NCBI GenBank assembly: GCA_037146715.1
Contig: JBAWWO010000002.1
Span: 7,377-71,376 of the forward strand
Direction of reading: 5' to 3'
Length of the DNA: 64,000 nucleotides
Source: Alphaproteobacteria bacterium
Lineage (GTDB): Bacteria; Pseudomonadota; Alphaproteobacteria; UBA7879; UBA5542
The position numbers and the translations under genes were made by a program. A model generated the notes under the pieces. That model worked only from the letters and a program-made list of their open reading frames with translations, was not told where the DNA came from and did not search any database. Below, piece after piece: positions 28,067 through 40,313 of this stretch. The number at the start of each line of letters is the position of its first letter. The first letter of the stretch is position 1.

Positions 28067-28624
28067 ATGTTTATTCAAACGGAAGAAACGCCTAATCCTA
28101 ATTCTTTAAAGTTCATTCCTGGGTTTGCCCTATTGGATACCCCCATGGATTTTCCCAATGCCGCAACGGCCAAAATATCGCCCTTGGCCGCCCGCTTATT
28201 TGCTGTTGATGGGGTAGAAGGAGTTTTTATTGGAAAAGACTTTATCACCATCACCAAACAGGATCAGGCCGAATGGTATGCCCTGAAACCCTCTCTGCTC
28301 GGGTCTATGATCGAACATTTGTTAGCCAAAAAGCCCCTTATTCTGGATGAAATTCCTGAGGAGTCCGTTCAGTCTGAAACTGTTGAAGGAACAGACCGGG
28401 AAATCATTGATCAGATTCAAGAGCTCATCAATTCAAGAGTCAGGCCCGCTGTTGCGGCAGACGGGGGCGATATTGTCTTCACGAAGTTCGAAGATGGCGT
28501 GGTTTTTCTAAAAATGAAGGGGGCCTGCTCCGGTTGCCCCAGCTCCTCAGCCACCTTAAAGTCTGGCATTGAAAACATGCTGCGCTATTATGTGCCCGAG
28601 GTTACAGAAGTTCGGGCAGTATAG
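28067..28624 (+). CDS. nfuA: Fe-S biogenesis protein of the NfuA/Nfu type (Nfu_N domain plus NifU C-terminal domain)
   Basis: N-terminal ETPNPNSLKFIPG motif and the C-terminal CxxC (ACSGCPSS) NifU-like domain. Confidence 0.75.
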   Translation: MFIQTEETPNPNSLKFIPGFALLDTPMDFPNAATAKISPLAARLFAVDGVEGVFIGKDFITITKQDQAEWYALKPSLLGSMIEHLLAKKPLILDEIPEESVQSETVEGTDREIIDQIQELINSRVRPAVAADGGDIVFTKFEDGVVFLKMKGACSGCPSSSATLKSGIENMLRYYVPEVTEVRAV

Positions 28625-28848
28625 TAATATTGTTCAGCTCTCGGAAGCTCCAGTTTCCAAAAATAAAATCTTAGACTGAAGATCTTTTTTACGCGCCATC
28701 AAAAAATCATATATTCTTTCATGCTGAATCCGAACAGCTGTCGCTTTTTTCGATACATGATTTCGGTAAGTCAGGGCGGAAATACAGGCACAAAAGGCGA
28801 TAGAGCAAACAAGAAAAGACTTCCAGAATTGGTGCAAGAAACCAGGCA

Positions 28849-29496
28849 TCAGGATTCAGGATTTTTTGTTTTGTCCGGGTACGCACATAGATCCCGGACA
28901 ACACATTTATAACACAGGGGTTGACGGGCCTTACAGACATAGCGTCCATGCAAAATCAACCAATGGTGCGCATTGTGGATATAGGTTTTAGGAACAATAT
29001 GCATCAGTTTTTCCTCAACAGCCTCAGGCGTTTTGCCGGGGGCGAGTCTCGTCCGATTCGAAACCCTAAAAACGTGCGTATCAACTGCAATGACCGACTG
29101 ATTAAATGCAATATTTAAAACCACATTGGCTGTTTTTCGTCCAACTCCTGGCAGGGATTCCAGCTCTTCCCGAGTATGGGGAACAACCCCCTGAAAGCGT
29201 TCTTCTAAAATCTGACAAGTTTTGAAAATATTTCTAGCTTTTGTTTTATACAAACCGATTGTTTTGACCCATTGCTTTAGGCCTTCCTCCCCCAATGCTA
29301 CTATTTTCTTTGGGGTGTCGTACTTTTCAAACAGGGATTTTGTAACTTTGTTGACCCCCACATCTGTGGCCTGGGCCGAAAGAATAACCGCCACTAACAA
29401 AGTGAAGGAGTTTGTGTAGTAAAGTTCCCCCTTGGGATGGGGGTTTTGGGCCTTTAAAAGTTTAAAAAACTCATCAACTTTTTTTGGATTCATCAA
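28849..29496 (-). CDS. nth: Endonuclease III
   Basis: HhH-GPD motif LPGVGRKTANVVL and the C-terminal 4Fe-4S cluster loop C-x6-C-x2-C-x5-C. Confidence 0.9.
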   Translation of the reverse strand: MMNPKKVDEFFKLLKAQNPHPKGELYYTNSFTLLVAVILSAQATDVGVNKVTKSLFEKYDTPKKIVALGEEGLKQWVKTIGLYKTKARNIFKTCQILEERFQGVVPHTREELESLPGVGRKTANVVLNIAFNQSVIAVDTHVFRVSNRTRLAPGKTPEAVEEKLMHIVPKTYIHNAHHWLILHGRYVCKARQPLCYKCVVRDLCAYPDKTKNPES

Positions 29497-29498
29497 CT

Positions 29499-30287
29499 CT
29501 AATAAAAATAATACAACACAAACAAGCCAAAAATAATTCTATAAAGTGCCCAGATAAAAAGAGGTTGGTGGGCAAGCCATTTCATGAAAAAAGTAAGCGT
29601 TGCATACCCAATTGAAAAGGTTAGAAGCAGCATCAGCATAACGAATGCCATAGGCCCCTCAGAACACTTGAAAAATATCAAATCTTTGGCGGTCAAAACA
29701 AAGGCCCCAACCCCCACAGGAATGGCCATTAGAAAGGAAAAATGGGCCGCATCTCGTCGAGCATACCCAAGCAAGCGCGCCCCAATCAAGGTTGACCCAG
29801 ACCGACTGACCCCAGGAACCAAAGCAAGCATTTGAAAGCATCCCATAACAAAGGCGTGCCAATAGGAAATTTGGCGAAATTTTCTGTTCGCAGTACAAAA
29901 ACGATCCACTACCATAAGCAATGTACCAAACACGATAGACATAATCCCAATCAATGTGGCCATTTGCACATAGTGGTCAAAATATTCGTGCATAAAATAA
30001 CCCGCAATGACGACCGGGATAGTTGCCACACAAATTTTCATACCCCGGTGAAAGGGTTCCGTCATGCGGCCTTTTAAAACCAAAAAAGTAGCCCGAATCA
30101 TTTCCCACATATCTTTTCGGAAATAAAGGACAATGACACTAAGAGTGATTGTGTTTAAGCTGACTTCCATAGCCCGGGTCATGGGCTGAAAATGGAAAAA
30201 TTTTGCAAAAATAAAAGCATGAGCCGACGAACTGACGGGAATAAACTCAGTAATTCCCTGTAAAATTGATAACCAAAAAAGTTCCAT
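29499..30287 (-). CDS. uppP: Undecaprenyl-diphosphatase UppP/BacA
   Basis: N-terminal ILQGITEFIPVSSSAH and the conserved SRSGSTL motif. 262 aa. Confidence 0.9.
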   Translation of the reverse strand: MELFWLSILQGITEFIPVSSSAHAFIFAKFFHFQPMTRAMEVSLNTITLSVIVLYFRKDMWEMIRATFLVLKGRMTEPFHRGMKICVATIPVVIAGYFMHEYFDHYVQMATLIGIMSIVFGTLLMVVDRFCTANRKFRQISYWHAFVMGCFQMLALVPGVSRSGSTLIGARLLGYARRDAAHFSFLMAIPVGVGAFVLTAKDLIFFKCSEGPMAFVMLMLLLTFSIGYATLTFFMKWLAHQPLFIWALYRIIFGLFVLYYFY

Positions 30288-30351
30288 GTTTTATACCTTA
30301 TTGTCCTTTCAATTGTTTTAATCCATACTGCAAAAAAAAGAAAGACTTTGT

Positions 30352-30699
30352 ATGACGAAAATATTTGAAGAGCGTCCCTGGGGATCTTTTAAAGTGCTGC
30401 TGGAAGAACCTGGATACAAGGTTAAGGAAATTACGGTCAAGCCCCATTCCAAGCTGTCTTTGCAGTCTCACAAACATCGGGAAGAGTTTTGGGTGACTGT
30501 GCAAGGCACCGCCCTTGCCCTGTGTGAAGAGACAGAGCATGAACTCAAACAGGGCGCATCCCTCCATATTCCAAAAGGCGCCAAACATCGACTCATCAAT
30601 AAAACCTCTGAACCCGTTGTAATCATCGAAACTCAACTGGGCGATTATCTTGGCGAAGATGATATCGAACGCTTTGAAGATGAGTATAAGCGAGTGTAA
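30352..30699 (+). CDS. Cupin-domain protein (mannose-6-phosphate isomerase type II C-terminal-like)
   Basis: PWGSFKVL…GYKVKEITVKPHSKLSLQSHKHREEFWVTVQG cupin signature. Confidence 0.6.
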   Translation: MTKIFEERPWGSFKVLLEEPGYKVKEITVKPHSKLSLQSHKHREEFWVTVQGTALALCEETEHELKQGASLHIPKGAKHRLINKTSEPVVIIETQLGDYLGEDDIERFEDEYKRV

Positions 30700-30785
30700 A
30701 AGATAGCCTTATAAGATGGTTGCATTTTTTCTTGAATTTTTATGGCAAATTATATAAGGTTCAAATCAATAGAAAAGGGACTCAA

Positions 30786-31094
30786 ATGAATTTAATTTTA
30801 TTGGTAATTTTGTTGCTGGTAACACTGGCCATGATTGGTATTATTTTGCTGCAACGCAGTGAAGGCGGGGGTCTTGGGGGCGCAAGTCCATCTATGGGCG
30901 GGATGACGGCTCGGGGTACTGCGAATCTCTTAACCAAAACAACAGCTGTTTTAGCCACAATTTTTATGTCATTATGTATTATCCTTGCGATTATGAATGG
31001 GCGCACGAAAATTGTTTCTGAAGCATCGCTGATAGACAAAATTGCGCAAGATTCAGAACAGCAGAAACCTTTAGACGTTCCCCTGAACAAATAA
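30786..31094 (+). CDS. secG: Preprotein translocase subunit SecG
   Basis: Two TM helices flank a Gly-rich loop (LLQRSEGGGLGGASPSMGG). It is immediately upstream of pyrG. I place the start at the internal Met. Confidence 0.8.
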   Translation: MNLILLVILLLVTLAMIGIILLQRSEGGGLGGASPSMGGMTARGTANLLTKTTAVLATIFMSLCIILAIMNGRTKIVSEASLIDKIAQDSEQQKPLDVPLNK

Positions 31095-31113
31095 GGGGTT
31101 ATAACTTTTTTAA

Positions 31114-34892
<3,779 letters not shown>

Positions 34893-35210
34893 ATGATTAG
34901 CCGAAAAGTTAGATATCATCTGAATAAACTGCTTTTTCCTTTTTTGGCTTTTTTTCTACTACTTTACGTTGTGTATCACCTTTTAAGCGGGAATCATGGA
35001 TGGTTTTCTTGGAAGACTTTGGAAACAACCTTAGCAGAGGAACAAAAAACCCTTGAACTGCTAGAGAAAGAAAAAACATCTTTAGAAAATAAGGTTAATT
35101 TACTCCGTCCAGAACATATGGACCAAGATATGCTCGACGAGCGTATTCGGACTATGTTAAATAATGTAAAAGAAGACGAAGTTCTTGTAATAGATAAGGA
35201 TTTACCATGA
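34893..35210 (+). CDS. ftsB: Septum-formation initiator FtsB/DivIC-like
   Basis: 105 aa: one TM helix, then a coiled coil. The position downstream of eno is conserved in Proteobacteria. Confidence 0.7.
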   Translation: MISRKVRYHLNKLLFPFLAFFLLLYVVYHLLSGNHGWFSWKTLETTLAEEQKTLELLEKEKTSLENKVNLLRPEHMDQDMLDERIRTMLNNVKEDEVLVIDKDLP

Positions 35211-35737
35211 AAAATAGTTGCAAAGTTTTGTTTTTTATTCTTGCTCTCCCCCTATTTTCTTGGGCGGATGACTGTTCTAACTCTGTTATTAAACAATATT
35301 TTGGCGATCAATCCAAGATGGGCCAGGGTACGGTCTACAAATTCGTCATTCCCGCCTATGACATCAGTTTGTGGTCTAAGGAAACTCCTTGGAGCTTTAA
35401 TACCCTTTTTGCCTTGCAAGTGAAATGCCGGTGGGATGCCTCACAAAAGGAAATGGTTGATAGCACCATTGAAGTGATGGAGCGTCAACCCACTTTGACC
35501 GCAGAAAAATCTAAGGAATACAGGGATCTTCTAAATTCTTTTTACCCAGATTTGAAAGAAGGCGACCTAGTGACTGTAATCGTCACCCCCGGCCTAAGCA
35601 TCCGTTTTTATCATAATGATAAAATGCTGAAAGATATTCCTGATATGGATTTTGCAAAACATTTCTGCAACATTTGGCTGGATAAGGATACGAAGTATAC
35701 TTCAGCTCGCAAAGGGCTTTTAGGAAGCAATAGCTGA
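35207..35737 (+). CDS. Hypothetical secreted protein
   Basis: Signal peptide MKNSCKVLFFILALPLFSWA. No confident homology. It may have a chalcone-isomerase-like fold, but I cannot verify this. Confidence 0.4.
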   Translation: MKNSCKVLFFILALPLFSWADDCSNSVIKQYFGDQSKMGQGTVYKFVIPAYDISLWSKETPWSFNTLFALQVKCRWDASQKEMVDSTIEVMERQPTLTAEKSKEYRDLLNSFYPDLKEGDLVTVIVTPGLSIRFYHNDKMLKDIPDMDFAKHFCNIWLDKDTKYTSARKGLLGSNS

Positions 35738-35772
35738 TGCAGCGGCACCTCTTTCGAGCCTACACAAATTAG

Positions 35773-35808
35773 TTGACTTGACAAACTGTACGTGATACGT
35801 ATCACTTA
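35773..35808 (+). promoter_or_regulatory. Putative higBA promoter with a palindromic operator
   Basis: TTGACA (35778-35783), a 16-nt spacer, then TATCAC (35800-35805). The perfect 14-bp palindrome GTGATACGTATCAC (35792-35805) overlaps the -10 element. The ATG lies 3 nt downstream with no Shine-Dalgarno sequence, so the transcript is probably leaderless. Confidence 0.35.
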
Positions 35809-36090
35809 ATGATTAGAAGCTTTAAATGTAAAGAGACGGAAAAAATTTGGCACGGCAATGCGTCCCGTCGATTTCCGCGCGATATACAGAATAGAGCTCT
35901 TTCAAAGTTACGTCAGTTGGCAGCGGCAACAATCATAGATGACTTGAAGATTCCTAATAGTAACAGGCTGGAATCTTTGAAAGGGGATAGAAAAAACCAG
36001 TGGAGTATTCGCATTAACCAACAGTGGCGAATTTGCTTTAATTGGAATAAGGCAGAAGCTTTAAATATAGAAATAGTAGATTACCATTAA
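35809..36090 (+). CDS. higB: HigB toxin (RelE/ParE superfamily, 'plasmid maintenance system killer')
   Basis: 93 aa with the MIRSFKCKETEKIW N-terminus and an overall HigB pattern. It sits upstream of an XRE antitoxin. Confidence 0.75.
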   Translation: MIRSFKCKETEKIWHGNASRRFPRDIQNRALSKLRQLAAATIIDDLKIPNSNRLESLKGDRKNQWSIRINQQWRICFNWNKAEALNIEIVDYH

Positions 36091-36119
36091 TAATTGACAA
36101 CGAAAGAGGACCTAAGATC

Positions 36120-36440
36120 ATGGCAAACAAGATAGAAACTCAGCTTTTACATAACCCCCATGCGGGGGAAATCTTAAAGGAAGAATTTTTAGTACCCCTT
36201 GAACTGTCTCAAAACGCTTTGGCAAAAGCAATCGGGGTGCCATCTAATCGCATTCATGCCATCGTACTAGGAACTCGAGGGATTACGGCAGAAACAGATT
36301 TGTTGTTGTGTAAGTTCTTTGGATTAAGTGAAGGATACTGGCTACGTTTAGAGAACCTATATGAGCTACTAGAGGCTAAACGCTCTCTTGGTCCCAAACT
36401 CAAAAATGTGAAGGCCTTCAAATATCCTAAGGTCGCTTAG
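36120..36440 (+). CDS. higA: HigA antitoxin (XRE-family HTH)
   Basis: HTH motif LSQNALAKAIGVPSNRIHAIV. 106 aa. Toxin-first gene order is typical of higBA. Confidence 0.75.
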   Translation: MANKIETQLLHNPHAGEILKEEFLVPLELSQNALAKAIGVPSNRIHAIVLGTRGITAETDLLLCKFFGLSEGYWLRLENLYELLEAKRSLGPKLKNVKAFKYPKVA

Positions 36441-36516
36441 TGCTGCAAACTTAAATTGTCCTTGCTATATGTTTTTCAGTGTTGTTCACAAACCCCAACT
36501 CGAGTATAAATAACTC

Positions 36517-36855
36517 ATGGCCTATGTTTTAGCATTTTGTACGGTTATTCTAATATGTATGGGGCAGATTCTGTTTAAGAAAAGCGCCATGCTTTTAAGT
36601 ACGTTGAAAACCCCCTTTCATTTGGCTTTAGAGCCCATGTTTATTGGGGCTATTTGCCTTTATGGGTTTACGACTATTTTGTGGATTTTTGCTTTACAGC
36701 ATTTGTCTTTAAGCCGGGGATATATGATTATGTCCCTATCCTATATTATCATTCCCATTTTAAGCTTTTACTTTTTTGACGAACCCATCTCCATACGCTT
36801 AGTCGTTGGGGCAATTCTGATTATCAGCGGTGTGTTGATTGCCCTTAAGGGTTAG
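36517..36855 (+). CDS. Small 4-TM membrane transporter (EamA/SMR-like, ArnE/ArnF-type)
   Basis: 112 aa with four predicted TM helices. It resembles small DMT-superfamily subunits. Confidence 0.5.
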   Translation: MAYVLAFCTVILICMGQILFKKSAMLLSTLKTPFHLALEPMFIGAICLYGFTTILWIFALQHLSLSRGYMIMSLSYIIIPILSFYFFDEPISIRLVVGAILIISGVLIALKG

Positions 36856-36890
36856 CGACCACCTAAAGGTGGGAAACCTTCGCGCTCTCC

Positions 36891-37739
36891 CTACAGATGA
36901 ACTGGCAAAGCGTCTGCTGCCCTCTTCCCAATGCAATAAGGGCAAGAAACATTAGGCTGATACGCAGAAGTTTTGCATTCTTCCAACGTCAAAGGTGACC
37001 GGCAGGCAAAACATTGTTTGGCCGTTGTTTCTTCCAAGTTTGGATTTACTGCCACCCGTTGGTCAAAGACGAAACAGTCCCCTTCCCAGTGGGCGCCGCC
37101 ACATTCCTCAAAATATTTCAAAATGCCGCCTTCAATTTGATACACTTCCTTGAAGCCTTCTTTTTCCATGAAAGGGGCTGCTTTCTCACAGCGCACACCG
37201 CCTGTGCAAAAGGTTACAATTTTTTTGTTTTTTAAAGAGGGGTCTAAGGCCCGTACAGCGGCAGGAAACTCTCTAAAAGAATCAATATGGGGGTTGATGG
37301 CATCCTTGAAAGTGCCTAATTTCATTTCATATTCATTCCGAGTATCCAACATAACCACGTCTTCGCCCTTATCTAGCCACTCTTTCAAAACTGTTGGCTT
37401 CACAAAAGGAGACGTATAAACGCCAGGTTCAATCCCTTCAACCCCAAAGGCAATAATTTCTTTTTTCAACCGGACAAGCATGCGGTTAAAGGGCTGATGA
37501 TCTGACGGACTTTCCTTAAAGGTCATATCACTAAAGCGAGGATCTTCCTTCAAAAATTCCTCAAAATTCTGCAACGCATCCTTCGTTCCCGATATGGTCA
37601 CATTAATGCCCTCAGGCGCTAAAAGGATGGTCCCTTTTAAGCCCAGTTGAACACACTGTCCCTTTATTTTTGGCCTTAGGGCAACGGTATCGTTGAGCGT
37701 AACAAACTTGTATCCTGAAATATTAATGAGGGCTGACAT
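36891..37739 (-). CDS. trhO: tRNA uridine(34) hydroxylase TrhO (rhodanese-domain UPF0176/YceA)
   Basis: Rhodanese active-site CTGGVRCEKA and a C-terminal Cys-rich tail. 282 aa. Confidence 0.8.
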   Translation of the reverse strand: MSALINISGYKFVTLNDTVALRPKIKGQCVQLGLKGTILLAPEGINVTISGTKDALQNFEEFLKEDPRFSDMTFKESPSDHQPFNRMLVRLKKEIIAFGVEGIEPGVYTSPFVKPTVLKEWLDKGEDVVMLDTRNEYEMKLGTFKDAINPHIDSFREFPAAVRALDPSLKNKKIVTFCTGGVRCEKAAPFMEKEGFKEVYQIEGGILKYFEECGGAHWEGDCFVFDQRVAVNPNLEETTAKQCFACRSPLTLEECKTSAYQPNVSCPYCIGKRAADALPVHL

Positions 37740-37834
37740 TTTTTCCTTTCCTGTCCGTGTATCTTTCTGTATTGATATCTAAGACTGTTCCCCGTAAAAT
37801 AAATTACCACGTTAAGAAAGTCAACTGAAAGGAA

Positions 37835-38122
37835 TTGCCCATGACATTGTCAAAAATACTCTGTTTTTTCTGCCTTATAATGCTGATTGCAGGGGAGGTA
37901 AAGGCTGACTCAAAATCAACAGATTCAGAAGCCGGCTATAAAGAAGATGATTCGCTAGCCGGGGGTTCCGGTAAAAATAGGGCTATAAATTCAATGAACA
38001 TTAAATATTATAGGCCATGGGATCGCTATGGTAAGATGGTTTGGTTGGCAGATCACCCTGAGTCTTTGATGACAGTTGGATACGTGACTGATGATGATCC
38101 AGCCACCCAACTCCCCTACTAA
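37835..38122 (+). CDS. Hypothetical small secreted protein
   Basis: Signal peptide MPMTLSKILCFFCLIMLIAGEVKA. 95 aa. Confidence 0.3.
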   Translation: MPMTLSKILCFFCLIMLIAGEVKADSKSTDSEAGYKEDDSLAGGSGKNRAINSMNIKYYRPWDRYGKMVWLADHPESLMTVGYVTDDDPATQLPY

Positions 38123-38123
38123 G

Positions 38124-39077
38124 ATGGAATCCTTAGATCTAACAGAAGCATTACGAGTATTAAGGCTAGAGGCTGAAGCCCTGACAGTCTTGGCCAATCG
38201 GTTAGACCAAAAATTCATGGATGCCCTTGATGTTTTTTCTGCCATTAAGGGGCGCCTGATTGTCACAGGCATGGGAAAAAGCGGGCTTGTGGGTAAGAAA
38301 ATAGCTGCAACGCTTTCATCCACAGGAACGCCTTCATTTTTTGTGCACCCGGGGGAAGCCAGTCATGGAGATTTGGGTATGCTTACGCCCCAGGATGCGG
38401 TTCTTGCCCTGTCAAATTCAGGGGAAACAAAAGAACTTTTTGATTTGATTGCCTATACCCGCCGCTATAACATTCCCTTGGTTTCCATAACACAAAAAGG
38501 GGAAAGCAGCTTGGCCAAAGACTCTGATGTAGCCTTGATTCTGCCAACTATCTCTGAAGCGTGCCCAAATGGTTTGGCACCCACAACCTCAACCACCATG
38601 ATGTTGGCCCTGGGGGATGCAATTGCCCTATGTTTATTGAAACGCAAGGGATTCAGTAAGGAAGACTATAAAACAATCCATCCCGGTGGAAATTTAGGCA
38701 GCAGATTAAAGCGTGCAAAAGATATGATGCACAAGGGATCAAAAATGCCTTTAATTGACGCTGGAAAAAAGGTGGATGATGCCATTCTGATTATGTCAGA
38801 AAAAAGCTTTGGCTGCGTTGGCGTTGTTGAACATGATAAGCTGGTGGGTATTATTACGGATGGAGATTTAAGGCGCCATATGAGCCCCCACTTGCTGAAA
38901 GAAAAGGTAATGGATGTCATGTCCCCTAACCCCCGAACTGTAGGCCCTGAAACCTTGCTGGAAGAAGCTCTGTATAAAATGGCGGGGGCTATTACGGCCC
39001 TGTTCGTGGTAGATGATCACAATAAACCTCTGGGTATTTTGCATATCCATGATCTGTTGCGGCTTGGCATTGTCTAA
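38124..39077 (+). CDS. kdsD: Arabinose-5-phosphate isomerase KdsD/KpsF (SIS plus tandem CBS domains)
   Basis: SIS motif GRLIVTGMGKSG and the C-terminal CBS pair. I place the start at the internal Met after the stop of the upstream ORF. Confidence 0.85.
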   Translation: MESLDLTEALRVLRLEAEALTVLANRLDQKFMDALDVFSAIKGRLIVTGMGKSGLVGKKIAATLSSTGTPSFFVHPGEASHGDLGMLTPQDAVLALSNSGETKELFDLIAYTRRYNIPLVSITQKGESSLAKDSDVALILPTISEACPNGLAPTTSTTMMLALGDAIALCLLKRKGFSKEDYKTIHPGGNLGSRLKRAKDMMHKGSKMPLIDAGKKVDDAILIMSEKSFGCVGVVEHDKLVGIITDGDLRRHMSPHLLKEKVMDVMSPNPRTVGPETLLEEALYKMAGAITALFVVDDHNKPLGILHIHDLLRLGIV

Positions 39078-39703
39078 TGAGCCTGAAAGACAAATTTTCT
39101 ATTGAATCAAGTTATGAGTCTCTTTCCAGAACTCGTTTTCTTAAGCGGGCTTTTTCTATTGGAATTGTCGCCATTATTGTGGGAGTTTTTCTGTGGTCTT
39201 ATATTGGAGACATGATTCATACATGGAATTTTTCAGGCACCAAAATTAAGGTTGACGGCATTGATTTCCAGAAAAAGGAAATCAAAAACCCCCGATTTTT
39301 GGGGGGCAAAGAACAACCCTATACCATCACCGCCAAGCTAGCTCGCCAAATTGCCGATAATAAGGTTTATTTGGAAGAGGTAAACGGTCGCCTGCTTTCC
39401 AAAGATGGATCTGTTTTGTTTGTTCTGTCTGACGAAGGGGAAATTACCACGGATCAATCAAAACTTGTATGGTTAAAGGGGAGCGTTAACTTCATTTGTG
39501 ATAAAAATAATCTAGAGATTTGGACAAATTCAGCCTTTTCTGATCTTAATAAAGGATACATGGAAGGCAAAGAATTTGTTGAAGGTGAAAGCGATCAAGG
39601 GTTCTTTGAAAGCCAGGGCTTTTTCATCAATCAGAAGGACAGAACATTGAAATTATTAGGACCCGTTAAATTAACTATTAGAAAATCAGGGGGTAAAAAA
39701 TGA
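39077..39703 (+). CDS. lptC: LptC-like LPS export protein
   Basis: Single N-terminal TM helix followed by a beta-jellyroll-sized periplasmic domain. It lies between kdsD and lptA. Confidence 0.5.
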   Translation: MSLKDKFSIESSYESLSRTRFLKRAFSIGIVAIIVGVFLWSYIGDMIHTWNFSGTKIKVDGIDFQKKEIKNPRFLGGKEQPYTITAKLARQIADNKVYLEEVNGRLLSKDGSVLFVLSDEGEITTDQSKLVWLKGSVNFICDKNNLEIWTNSAFSDLNKGYMEGKEFVEGESDQGFFESQGFFINQKDRTLKLLGPVKLTIRKSGGKK

Positions 39704-39762
39704 TGTGGTCCCATGTTAAGAATTTTTTCTGCTTGTCTTCCTGGGGCTTGCCCCAAGGATCC

Positions 39763-40305
39763 ATGGGTCTTTTCATCGCCCTATTCTTCTGCTGCTCTCT
39801 ACAGGCTGAATTCAAGAAAACCAACTTCCTGTCATCGGATGAACCCATTGTGCTTGAAGCCGCAGAAAGTGTGGAATTTGATGACGCTAATAACATTATG
39901 AAGGCTCGGAAGAATGTGACCCTTACCCAAAAAGATTCAACCCTGTGGGCTGATGTGATGCACGGATTTTTCAAAAAAGATCCTATTACAAATAAAAAAG
40001 ATTTGATCCGGCTAGAGGCTTTTGGGCACGTAAAAATAAAGATGCCCGATAAAATTGCTACCTCAGATGAAGGCTTTTATGACTTGGAAAAAGATCTAAT
40101 TTTCTTAAAACACAACGTAAAAATTACAGACAAGAAGAATCAATTGGTTGGAGAATATGCAACAATTGATATGAAGACCGGACAAAGCAAGTTATTTAAT
40201 ACGCTTACGCCTGACTCTTTCGAAAAGGGTCTGCCGGATCCTAAGAAAAGAATCAAAATACTGCTAATTCCAGAGAAGAAAGATAAGGAATCTAAAAGTA
40301 TTTAA
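39763..40305 (+). CDS. lptA: LptA/OstA-like periplasmic LPS transport protein
   Basis: Signal peptide MGLFIALFFCCSLQA. OstA-like repeats (VEFDDANNIMKARKNVTLTQKDSTLWAD…). A Lys-rich C-terminal tail. Confidence 0.55.
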   Translation: MGLFIALFFCCSLQAEFKKTNFLSSDEPIVLEAAESVEFDDANNIMKARKNVTLTQKDSTLWADVMHGFFKKDPITNKKDLIRLEAFGHVKIKMPDKIATSDEGFYDLEKDLIFLKHNVKITDKKNQLVGEYATIDMKTGQSKLFNTLTPDSFEKGLPDPKKRIKILLIPEKKDKESKSI

Positions 40306-40313
40306 AACCACAA

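Noticed and set aside
28634-28949. Small ORFs between nfuA and nth (28634-28849 and 28719-28949), and a possible ncRNA in the 225-bp spacer
   Set aside because: No conserved RNA motif, promoter/terminator pair or protein signature was found. They partly overlap the nth 3' end.
39700-39762. lptA start at 39700 (MMWSHVKNFFCLSSWGLPQGS…). The 14-nt match 'gccccaaggatcca' to the family B repeat suggested an in-frame element insertion
   Set aside because: A proper signal peptide begins at the Met at 39763. The 'aagga' within the match is suitably spaced as a Shine-Dalgarno sequence. A 14-nt match is weak evidence for an element.
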